From the NCBI RefSeq assembly GCF_036365525.1, contig NC_090399.1, positions 32,210,430 through 32,274,429 on the forward strand: a stretch of DNA of 64,000 nt, written 5' to 3'. This document shows positions 32,801-43,489 of the stretch, piece after piece. Position 1 is the first letter of the stretch, and every line of letters begins with the position of its first letter. The stretch comes from Heterodontus francisci. Lineage: Eukaryota. A program made the position numbers and the translations under genes. The notes below the pieces were generated by a model. That model had not been told where the DNA came from and ran no database searches. It saw only the letters and a list, made by a program, of their open reading frames with translations.

Positions 32801-35800
32801 CAGAATATATGTTTGGTGTTGGACTTATCTGGATGTGACAGAAATGTTGGCTGATGATGTGTTGAATGTGGAGGCTGGTGAGGTGGAAGGTGAGGACAAG
32901 GGGAACCTTATCATGGTTCTGTCAGGGAAGGAAGGAGTGAAGGCAGTAACATGGGAAATGGGATGGAAAAGGTCGAGGACCCTGTTAACCTCAGTGGAGG
33001 GGAAGCCTCGGATGAGGAATAATGAAGACATTTCAGAAGCACTGGTATGGAAGGTAGCATTAGCAGAACAGATGGAACGGAGGTGGAGAAACTGGGAGAA
33101 TGGAACAGAGTCTTTCCAGGAAGCCTGGTGGGAGGAAGTATAACCAAGGTAGCTGTGGGATTCGGTGGGATTATAGTAGATATTGGTGGGCAGCCAATCC
33201 CCTGAAATGGAGGTAGAGAAGTCGAGGAAGGGAAGGGAAGTGTCAGAGACGGACCATGTGAAGACGAGAAAGGGATGGAAATTCGAAGCAAAGTTGATGT
33301 AATTTTCCTGTTCCAGGCAAAAGAAGGAATTGTCACCAGCACAGTCATCAAAGTATCAGAAAAATATGTGAAGGAGGGGAGCTGAGTAGGATTGGAACAA
33401 AGAATGGTCCACGCATCCTACACAAAGGCAGCATAGCTAGGACACATACAGCTCCCATAGAGACAAAATTTGAGTGTGAAATATCCCAGTGTTAACACCA
33501 GAGGTCCACACACCTATACTTTACAACAGGGTCCATGCACATGAGCCTGCGAGGGTTTTCATTCCCCGACCAGAGCCAGTGAGGAAGAGAGGAGTTCCAG
33601 TGGGAATGGTGAGTGAATGAAAAAAAATGAATCAATTCCAAATGGGGCCCTCGGAATGTCCCAGCAGGAGATGGTGCAGGGAAGCTGTGCAAGATCCCAT
33701 CCTCTGTGAGTTTAAGGAGAGCTCGGGTTTACTGGACTTTGGAGCAGAGAGGGGCAGACTGACATGGACAGAAATGTAAATGGAATTCTGCAGCAGAGCC
33801 CCGAGCTCAGAAGGAAGGAAGTTTCGTGTGTGGTGGGATAGTCGGGGCCAGAATGACCCAGTGGATGAGGATTCAGAGCCTGAAGAAGGGAGTGAGATCT
33901 CTGAGGGGAGGAACTAAACTGTGAAATAATAGTGAATAAATTCAATGAAAAAAACTTCAAGATATTTAAGGTAGAAAATGGGGAGATATTTGAGAAAGTA
34001 ATCAGAGAGAGAGAGCAAACTTTTGGTTCAGATAAATTGCATCCACACATACGAAAAAACAAAGGTAGCGATAGCAGAGGCACGATTATCTGCCCATTAA
34101 TAATCATCAGATTAGGGAAAGGTGCCAGGGGACTGACAGACAGTTAATGTGATTTTTGTATTTAAAAGGGGCTTCATGAGATAGATTCCTGTGATGAGAA
34201 GATTGTTGTATGAAGAGAGATTGAGTAGAATGGGCTTATATTCTCTGGGGTTTAGGAAAATGAGAGGTGGTTTCTTTGAAATATACAAGATTATGAGAGG
34301 GATTGACAGGGTAGATGAGGGACTGTTTCCCCCTGGCTGGAGAGTCTAGAATTAGGGTGCAGAGTCTCAGGATAAGGAGTCAGCCATTTCTCACTGAGAT
34401 GAGGAGAAATTTCTTCACTCAGAGGATTGTGAATCTTTGAAATTGTCCACTCCATAGTGCTGTGGATATTCAGTCATTGAGTATATTAAAGACTGAGCTC
34501 AGTAGATTTTGGGAGTCTAAGGGAATCCTGGGATAATTGTTTTGTGTGGGAATGTGGAGTTGAGGTTGTGGATCAGCCGTGATCTTCATAAATTGTGGAG
34601 CAGGTTCGAGGGGCCGAATGGTCTACTCCTGCTCTTAATTCTTATGTTTCATTCTTATGTGATTCATTACAAACAATAAATCTTGGATTGTATTCTGTAA
34701 GTATATTTATTCAATCAGTAAATAAGCAAAAATAGCATTCGGCAAAACAGACTGAGGAGCGGACAGTGATAAACACACTTGACCAGTACAATTAAACTCT
34801 CACAATCTGACAGCATCCTAACAACACCTTCAAATTACATTTGCTCATCAGAATTCTACTGGAAGTTTCATCAGTTCATTCTGAGTAATTATTCACACAC
34901 CGCCACACCCTCTGTCTCTCTCCCATTCCTCCTCCATCTCCTTCTAGTTTTCCTCCTCTGTCTCTTCCTCTGTCATTCCTCTATCTCTCTTCATTGACTC
35001 TTACTTTCTTCATTATTCTTTTCTCACACCATTCATCCAAATATTATGCACCTGCATTCTGTTCATCTGCCCCATGTTCGATAATCCAATTCTCAGAGTC
35101 AGTTTGTTCAATGATAAACAATTCACAGAGGCTATATCATTTCTACAGCTCACACAAATCTCCACCAGTTCATCTACACTGTTCACTTCATCTACAATAC
35201 ATGGAATAAACAGAATCCAATAAATCTTCCAGACATAGCTCACAATAAATGAAATTCCTTCTCCTGGAATTATAAAGTACAATGATAGATGGTGGGATTG
35301 TTAAATTCACAGAACACCAACATCCCTGGCGCAGCTTCTAATCTACAGATAAATAGAAGGACTCATGATTCCAACAGATACAGTGTAAACTAATACAACA
35401 TCACATCAATCCTTTCCATTTTACAATGTTGTCCAGTGATAGTGAATTCAGCCACAGTGAAACAGGGAGGGAGATATGAAAGAGTCAGCAGCAAACTCAG
35501 TTCAGTAACCAGCCATCTGAAGCAGCGTCAGACACACACACAGAATGAAATAATATTTCATAACAGTGATAACCAATAAATATGCTGAAATCCCAGTTAA
35601 ACTGAACCATGTCATTGGGAGGGAGGACATTGAGCTGCCTCCTTATAACACTGAGACTGTGAGCTGTCCCCATTATCCATCACTGAAACCATGTCGATAA
35701 AGATATTCCAGGACAGATTCGTTCCACATTAGCCGGCTAACAAATTCTGATAGTCTTATTCCTGCTCTTTAGTCCAGACACCTGATTCCAATACATTCAG

Positions 35801-36094
35801 TACAGAGAATAATCCAGGAACATTAACAGGGTTGGATAACCGAACATCATTGGAGAAATAATGAAGCTGCTACAAGTCATAAAGAACAGAGACTGAGGAC
35901 ATTCCATCATTCAACTGTTGGAACGAACAGGCAGCTTTGTAAAACATAAAGTGAGAAATAATATCAAGTACAGCAGCATAGTTAACACCATTTTACGCCA
36001 TTACCAGAAGAAATATCGACTTACCAGGAACCCCAACAGCTGCAAGAATTGGATAGTAAATGTCTTCTATCTGATGGATTACTGGATATACCAT
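29864..36094 (-). CDS. Class A GPCR, GPR139/GPR142-like, 321 aa; complement(join(29864..30759,36025..36094))
   Basis: Exon 1 MVYPVIHQIEDIYYPILAAVGVP G|gtaagt splices in frame to ttccag|TT-NLLAIVILSR. Seven TM segments: GVPVN, LVAMATADLL, SVWFTVTFTFDRFVAIC, NIPLYF, PFALILLLN, LLFTISGNFILLW, CCTNTFIY. Confidence 0.93.
30834..31880. repeat. MITE-like element end followed by a C-rich diverged tandem array (CCACCACTCCCCGGGATCGGACC-like) in the GPCR intron
   Basis: Recurrent GGATC...ACCCC units at 31130-31880; ggcaggacttcagcgcc start resembles the other MITE ends. Confidence 0.55.
31905..33470 (-). mobile_element. Penelope-like element, decayed RT thumb/linker and 3' region
   Basis: - strand SLPFLDFS...NIYYNPTESHSYL...FSQFL...MSSLFLIRGFPSTEV. 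Confidence 0.75.
34170..34660 (+). mobile_element. CR1 3' end
   Basis: YEERLSRMGLYSL, EMRRNFFTQRIVNL; tail cttatgtttcattcttatg. Confidence 0.85.
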
Positions 36095-36209
36095 TTCTGT
36101 GAGAAGCACGATTTTTGCTGATCTGGGATCCACCACTCCGGCAGGCACTCTGAGCTGATTCAATGCAATGGGTCCTGACTTATACAGGAGATCCGTCTCC
36201 ACTGACACG

Positions 36210-36215
36210 TTTATA
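36210..36215 (-). promoter_or_regulatory. Candidate TATA box of the GPCR gene
   Basis: TATAAA on the - strand about 116 nt upstream of the ATG at 36094, in non-repetitive sequence. Confidence 0.4.
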
Positions 36216-36911
36216 CCCCTGATCATTGCTAGTAGTTACTCTCACTTGAACAAACACATTTTCTCAGGAGCTTTGACTCTGAGGTAAATAATGTGGTGGA
36301 TAAAACACAAACATTTCAGAGTCCAGTACATTATCTTATTTGGCCCTGTCTCAGGAATAAAGCTGAAATCTCTGCTCATTACAGCACCGATCCCACAATA
36401 ATGAGCAGCTTCATTTCCAGTTTCATATGATTGTATTGACCATATTCACTCCTACTGAATCAATTATAAATGTTACTGATTTCTCCACAGTCTACACTGA
36501 ATCCAGGGACACAAGCAGACCTGTTTCACTCTGTTCCTGCAGTTTCCCAGTTAAAATATGAACTTTTCGTTTCTGACATGGGGATAGTTAAAGGCTATAT
36601 TAGGGATTGCAGCCTATAAATTACTGTGGAGGATATTAGGGGACGGGCATTGAATGTGTCCAATTAACATTCCTGACTCTGCTATTTCACTGCAGATGTT
36701 TATCTGGTTATTCTACATTGGTTAATGGATCCAGTAAAATTAGAACTTGTCACCCCCGACTCCATTTCTCCAGTTCACTCCTGACCATCCACCCAACCTC
36801 CACCTTCCATCAATGTCAACTGATCCAAAACTCTGCTGTCCATATCCAGCCCTCACCAAGTCCCACTCTCCCATCACCCTCACCCTCACCCTCAACGACG
36901 CACATTGGCTT

Positions 36912-37232
36912 GGGGTGGCAGAGTGGTGCAGTGGTTAGCACCGCAGCCTCACAGCTCTAGGGACCCGGGTTCAATTCTGTACGGAGTTTGCAAGTTCTCT
37001 CTGTGACTGTGGGTTTTTGCTGGATGCTCCAGTTTCCTCCCACAGCCAAAGACTTGCAGATTGATAGGTAAATTGGCCATTGTAAATTTGCCCTGAGTGT
37101 TGGTAGGTGGTAGGGAATGTGGGATTACTGTAGGGTTAGTATAAATGGATGGTTGTTGGTCAGCACTGACTCGGTGGGCAGAAGGGCCTGTTTCAATGCT
37201 GTACCTCTAAATTAAGCTAAAATTAAATTAAA
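36912..37232 (+). mobile_element. tRNA-derived V-SINE/HE1-type SINE
   Basis: Box A (tggtgcagtgg) and box B (gggttcaattc), core gtttcctcccacagccaaagac, CR1-like tail gaagggcctgtttc...ctctaaattaa; flanked by L2 remnants. Confidence 0.85.
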
Positions 37233-37624
37233 ATTCTCATCCTTGCCTTAAAATCCCTCCATGTTCTCACCCCTCCCCATCTGCAACCTCTCCTCCAAAA
37301 CTGCAGCAAGCCCACCCATGATCTATCCATACCTCTGACACTAACCTCCTTCAGTGGGAGTGTCCTCGCTTGGTTCCATTCTCACTGATTTATTAAAAGT
37401 CAGAGCATCTCCAGCAATGGTTTCTCTTCCCTGACCAGCACCATTACCTCTGGACTCCCTGAACATTCCATTCTTACTCTCTCCTCTTCCTCATCTACAT
37501 GCTGCCCACTGGTGACAGCATCTACAGACATGGGGTCAGCTTCCACACGTGTTCTGACAACACCCAGCCCCAGGTCTCCACCATCTCTCTTGACCCTCCA
37601 CTACCTCAGTGTTATCAGACATTT

Positions 37625-39975
37625 TCATATATATTTTTTGGGATGTGAGCATCACTGAAAAGACCAGCATTAATTGCCCCTCCCTAATTGCCCTTGAGGA
37701 GGTGGTGGTGAGCCATCTTCTTGACCAACTGCAGTTCATGCAGTGTAGATACACGCACAGTGCAGTTAGGGAGGGATTTCCAGGTTTTTAACCTGGCGAC
37801 AATGAAGGAACGATGATGTAGTCTCAAGCCAAGATGGTTTATGACTTTGAGGAGAACTTGTAGGTGTTTGTGTTCCCATGTTACTCCTGTCCTTGTCCTT
37901 TTAGGTGGTAGAGATTGTGGGTTGACAAGGTGCGATCAAAGCAGCCACGAGTGAGTTGCTGCGTGGATCGTGTATATCGTGCACACTGCTGGCACTGTGC
38001 ACTGGTGGTGGAGGGAGTGAATGTTTCATGCAGTGGATGGGGTACCGAAAAGCGGGCTGCTTTGACCTGGATGATGTTGAGCGTCTTGAGTGTTGTTGGA
38101 GCTGCACTCATACAAGCAAGTGAAGAGTATTCCATCGCACTCCAGACTTGTTCCTTGTCAATGGTGGACAGGCACTGGGGAGACAGGAGGTGCATCCCCA
38201 CCTTCTGACCTGCTCTTGTAGCTACAGTTTTTAAATGGCTGGTCCAGTTAAGTATCTGGTCAATGTTAACCCTCCCAGGATGTTGATGGTGGGGGATTCA
38301 GGAATGGTAACTCCATTCAATGTCAAGAGGAGATGGTTAGATTCTCTCATATTGGAGATGGTCATTGCATGGCACTTGTGTGGCCTGAATGTTACTTGCT
38401 ACTTATCAGCCTCAGCCTGAATGTTGTCCAGGTCTTGCTGCATGTGGGTATGGACTGTGAATGGTGCTGCAAATTGTGGAATCAGAGAACATCCCAAATT
38501 CTGACCTTATATTGGAGGGGAGGTCATTGATGAAGCAGCTAAGGTGTAGGAAACTACCATGAGGAACTCCTGCAGCAATACCCTGGACTGAGATGTTTGG
38601 CCTCCAACAAACATAACCATATTCCTTTGTCCGAGGTGTGACTCCAGCCAGTGGGGATTTTCACCCTGATACCCATTGATTCCAGTTTTGCTGGGGCTCC
38701 TTGATACCACACTCAGTCAAATGCAGCCTTGATGTCAATGGCAGTCACTCTCACCTCACCTGTGGAATTCAATTCTTTTGTCCCTGTTTGCCCCCAAGGT
38801 TGTAATGAGATCTGGAGTTGAGTGGCCCCAGCAGATCCCAAACTGAGCATTAGCTGGCAGGTGATTGCTGTTAAATGCCATTTGATCGAACTGTCGATGG
38901 CAACTTCCATCACTTTGTTAATGATTGAGAGTAGACTGATGGGTGGTAATTCACTGGATTGGATTTGTCCTGCATTTTTGGACAAGACATAGCCAGGCAA
39001 TTTTCCACAGATAGATGCCTTTGTTGTAGCTGTACTGGAACAGCTTGGCTCAGGGCACAGCTAGTTCTGGAGCACCAAGTCTTCAGCACTACAGCCGGGA
39101 TGTTGCTGTATTTGTGGCCTTCAGTCATTTCTTGATATCACATGGAGTGAATCGAGTTCCCTGGCAACTGGTATCTGTGATGCTGGAGTCCTCAGGAGGA
39201 GGTCAAGATAGAAACATAGAAAAATAGGAGCCGGAGTAGGCCATTCGGCCCTTCGAGCCTGCTCCACCATTGAATTCGATCACGGCTGATCATCAAAACT
39301 CAGTAATCTGTTCCCGCTTTCTCCCCATATCCCTTGATCCCATTAGCCCAAAGAACCATATCCAACTCTTTCTTGAATATATATAATGATATGGCCTCAA
39401 CTGCTTTCTGTGAATTCCACAGGTTCACCACTCTCTGAGAGAAGAAATCTCTCCTCATCTCAGTCCTAAAGAGCTTACGCCTTAACCTTAGACTGTGACC
39501 CCTGGTCCTGAACTCCCCCGCCATCAGGAACATCCTTCCCGCATCTAGTCTGTCCAGACCTGTTAGAATTTTGTAGGTTTCTATGAGATCCTCTCTTATT
39601 CGTCTAAACTCTAGCGAATGCAAGCCTAATCGACCCAATCTCTCTTCATACGTCAATCCTGCCATCCCAGGAATCAGTCTGGTGAACCTTCACTGCATTC
39701 CCTCCATAGGAAGAACATTCTTCCTCAGATAAGGAGACCAAAACTGCACACAATATGGATATATCATAAACTCGGCACTTGTGGATAAAGATGGTTGCAA
39801 ATGCTTCAGCCTTGTCTTTAGCACTGACATGCTGGGCTCCCCATCATTGGAGATGGGGATGTTTTTGGAGGCTCTTCCTCCAGTTACCTCCCACCATTCA
39901 CAACTGAATGTGGCAGGACTGCAGAGCTTTGATCTGATCTGCTGGTTGTGGTGTTGCTTAGCTCTGTCTATAGCA
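37625..39975 (-). mobile_element. GPDNIPA/PELA-family LINE, 3' portion, with a nested CR1 3' fragment at 39210-39755
   Basis: RVTAIDIKAAFD and NIPAVVLKT; the nested copy encodes AGLTYEERLGRLGLHSLEFRR. Confidence 0.85.
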
Positions 39976-40029
39976 GAATCTGTTTTGCATCAGCTGCAAT
40001 TTCCTTCAATTAAACATGAGGAAGAACGA

Positions 40030-40920
40030 AGCCTTTGGTCCCACCACAAACTCCACATCCTTGTCACCGATTCCTTCTCCCATCCTACCTGTTGTCTCAG
40101 GCTGAATACGCTGTTGTCTAACCTCTGATCCCTATTCACTCCCGACCTCAGCTTCCTCTGTCCTTTCAACACAAGAGGCTCCTCCATAACATCACCACTC
40201 TCTGCCCCGGCCACAGCCCATCAGGCACTGAAATCCTCAAACATTTATCAGCTCCAGACTCTCCGTCCTCTTCTCCAATCCATCACCTCTTCATTCCTCT
40301 GACACTGGTCTCTTGGTGGGACATCCCTTGCTTGTTCCCACTCTTACCAATCCAATCAGAGCCAGAGAATCTCCAGCAATATCTTCTCCTCTTCATAGCC
40401 TTTATTAACTCCCAATGATCTATCCTGGCCGATCCCTTCTTGCTCATCTACAAGTTTGCCATTGGTGCTCTCATCCATAGATACGGGATCAGCTGTCACA
40501 TGTCGGCTGATGACACCAGTTTTATTTCTCAACCCCATCTCTCGATCCTGCCCCAATGTGTCTGTGTTGTCCGTCCTCACTCGTCCATCTGTGTAATCTC
40601 TCCCACCCTGTGTTCTTTCTGTTGCTTGTTCTGTGGCTGCTTGTACGTCCTCCCTCCATTTTCTCCACACTTGTCGACAGTGCCTTCAGCCATCTAGGCC
40701 CCATGCTCCTGAATTCACTTCTTAATCCCTTCCACCTTCCAACTCTCTCCTGCTTTCAGTCCACCCAATAATCCCCTTTTTGGCTGAGCTGAGGGACACT
40801 CCTCTGAATATCTCCTTCTTACACTGCGGCTCAATTTCTGTCTGATTATAGCTCTGTGAAACACCCTGTTTTTTTTTCTACGATGTTAAAGAAGCTATAA
40901 AGATGCACCTTGTTTTTGCT
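40030..40920 (+). mobile_element. Highly decayed L2 fragment
   Basis: ctcatctac...gctgatgacaccag (LIY...ADDT) and an L2-type 3' end. Confidence 0.6.
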
Positions 40921-41875
40921 GTGTTTTAGTATCCTCCACTCTCTTCCTCTCACAATGGTGGCCTTGTCTTTAGCGGACTGAAGTTTACTCTTGAAAACCA
41001 TTCCTAATCCCCCCATCTCCTCCCCTCATTAAACCCCAATCTCTGACCAAGTGTTTGGTCTCTCCTAATGTTTCCTTGTTTCACTTTTTGCCCATTTTTC
41101 CTCATGGCCCTGTGAGACCTTTTGGGAATAAATACCACAGCAAAGGCCCTCTGTCAATACAGGTTATTGCTAACATTTATAACAATGTGTCCTTTAATTA
41201 TCCACTGTATGCACAACAACACACGTTTCAAAATGAATTATCGTGCTTGACAAACCTCATCCAATTCTTTCTCGATATAACAGACATAGTAGTTGGGGAA
41301 ATGCAATAAATATAATGTCGATGAACATTAGAAAAGCTTTTGACAAGGGACCACATGAGTGAGTATGAGAGTAGATTAAGGGATATTTTTCAAGGAGGGT
41401 CAATGTGCATGTCCATTTAAGTTACTGGTCAAATCAATAGTTTGCAACCTTGAATGTCAGATGTCACAGACTGGATAAGCACTAAAAAATAAGCAGACAT
41501 TTAACATCAACACTTAGGACAAAATCCTTGTGAGTCGTAGCTGGAAAACTCGAACACTTTACAGTCCTGAGATCAGCATACAGATTGGTCAGACATTTAT
41601 CACATTCCAAAACATCAGTTCCAGCACCCACTTTTTATATTTTATCCTTACCCCTTCGACCTGACAATTCACATATTTTCACATGACAAAGTTACATTAA
41701 AAGGTATCTTTGATTATGCATCATTAACATTGGTTTGATTATATTCTGTCCTTGCATTTATGGATCCCAGTTACAACAGCTGACATTGGTGAATATATCA
41801 TTCTTCACAACATCTCTGTTTCTAAATACCTTCACTTGTTACACACTCACTGGACTGTATCTTCTGTAACCACAG

Positions 41876-42405
41876 CTCATTTTGGTAGCGGGAGAAACAA
41901 ACGGCCGCAGAGCCGCCACAATCTTCTGTTCAGCGGCAAATTTAAATAGCCGGGGAGGACCACACCCCACCCCCCCTCTCCCCCTCCCCACACCACCTGA
42001 TCACGTGCAGGGGGTGGGCTGTCCATCCTCGGCAATGGTGACAGCTACCTGTGCTGACGCTGTTTTTAAAGGGCTGTCAACCCGACTGGAAAGTTTAAAT
42101 ATTTCAAGGTAAAGTAAATAAAAATAAACAAAGACATTTTTTCTCCCCCTCTCCCACCCCCACAATAACAATAAAATTAATTATCTGCCCTTCTCCCCCT
42201 CCAAAACACTTTCTTTGTCCATCTGACCTTCTCCCCACAGACTGCAGAAACTTTCAACTCCTACCCTTCCCACCATCTCTTAAGCCCATGACATTAATTT
42301 GACCCCGTCCCCACTCCCTTGCACTGAAAAACTTACCTCCTCCCCCCACCCCCCCCATCCCCACCAGATTGGTGCCTCATTTCCCCAGAAAACAAAATCC
42401 AGCCC
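41876..42405. mobile_element. MITE-like non-autonomous element
   Basis: Ends in aaaatccagccc; internal ttttaaagggct shared with 55866-56060 and 57750-58579. Confidence 0.65.
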
Positions 42406-42989
42406 AACGTTTTCCTGATCCAGACTGTGCTCTTTCTCAGGCAGCTGCTTATCCAAAGCAAGGATTCACAGACTCCCTTGTAATGAATGAAATCTTTCTC
42501 TGTTTCTTTGGTACAAAGAGTGTTTTACTGGTCTCTCTCTGTGCTCCTGATGTTAGTAACCCTTTCTTATCCATGTTTCCGATTAACGTTTCTCATTAAG
42601 CAGGTGGTGATAATTTGAGAATTGCTGTCTACTTCAAATTACTTTAAAAAATAGCAATTTAAGAATCATTGTTCCCGATATCACAACCAATGGATAAATA
42701 CCAGCATTACTTCAAAGAAATAAAGATCATCAGCACTATTACTTTAGCACACTTCAAGTCAATCTGATTAACCCTTTCCTTACAGTACCACCTTTCTAAA
42801 GGTTCTTTCATCATTGTCATAGATCTTTACCCATTGTTTGTATGTAACATAACAATAATATTGTGAAGATTGTGATATACTGAACAGTAAACACAGTTCC
42901 AAACCTATTCCGACATGTATTTCCATATATCTAAACATCATCACCTGTACTGAAAGGATCTCCCAGTTCTGATTAACTGATACCCATAT

Positions 42990-43483
42990 GACGGAATACT
43001 CTCCACTTGCCTGGATGGGTGCAGCTTCAACAACACTTAAGAAGTTCTCCATCATCCAGGACAAAGCAGTCCATTTGATTGGCAACCCGTCTACAAACAT
43101 TACCTCCCTCCACCACCGACGCACAGGGCAGCAGTGTGTACCGTCTACAAGATGAAGTGCAGTAATGGACCGAGGCTCCTTAGACAGCACCTTCCAAACA
43201 CATGGCCTCTACCACCTAGAAGCACTAAGGCAGCAGATGCATGGGAACACCACCACCTGCAAATTCCCCTCTAAGCCACACACCATCCTGACTTGGAACT
43301 AGATCGCCGTTCCTTCACTGTCGCTGGGTCAAAATCCTGGAAATCCCTTCCTAACAGCCCTTTGGATGTACCTACCCTACACAGGCTGCAGCGATTCAAG
43401 AAGGCGACTCACCACCACCTTCTCATGAGCAATAAATGCTGTCCTAGCCAGCGACGCCCGCATCCCATGAACGAATAAAAAAG
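42990..43483 (+). mobile_element. 3' end of a GPDNIPA/PELA-family LINE
   Basis: gaatactctccacttgcctggatg...aataaatgctgtcctagccagcgacgcccgcatcccatgaacgaataaaaaa, also seen at 52306-52447 and 55319-55674. Confidence 0.85.
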
Positions 43484-43489
43484 TGATGT

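Noticed and set aside
29864-36094. Assigning the symbol GPR139 or GPR142
   Set aside because: Too divergent at family-diagnostic TM6/TM7 positions to call an orthologue without a phylogeny.
36912-36985. tRNA gene (also considered at about 12975-13050)
   Set aside because: The box A/B sequences are heads of retroelements; no complete cloverleaf.
41470-42960. Cytokine-like gene on the - strand (MMFRYMEIHVGIGLELCLLFS; ECDKCLTNLYADLR)
   Set aside because: No consistent exon chain could be built; an LTR/env remnant explains the region at least as well.
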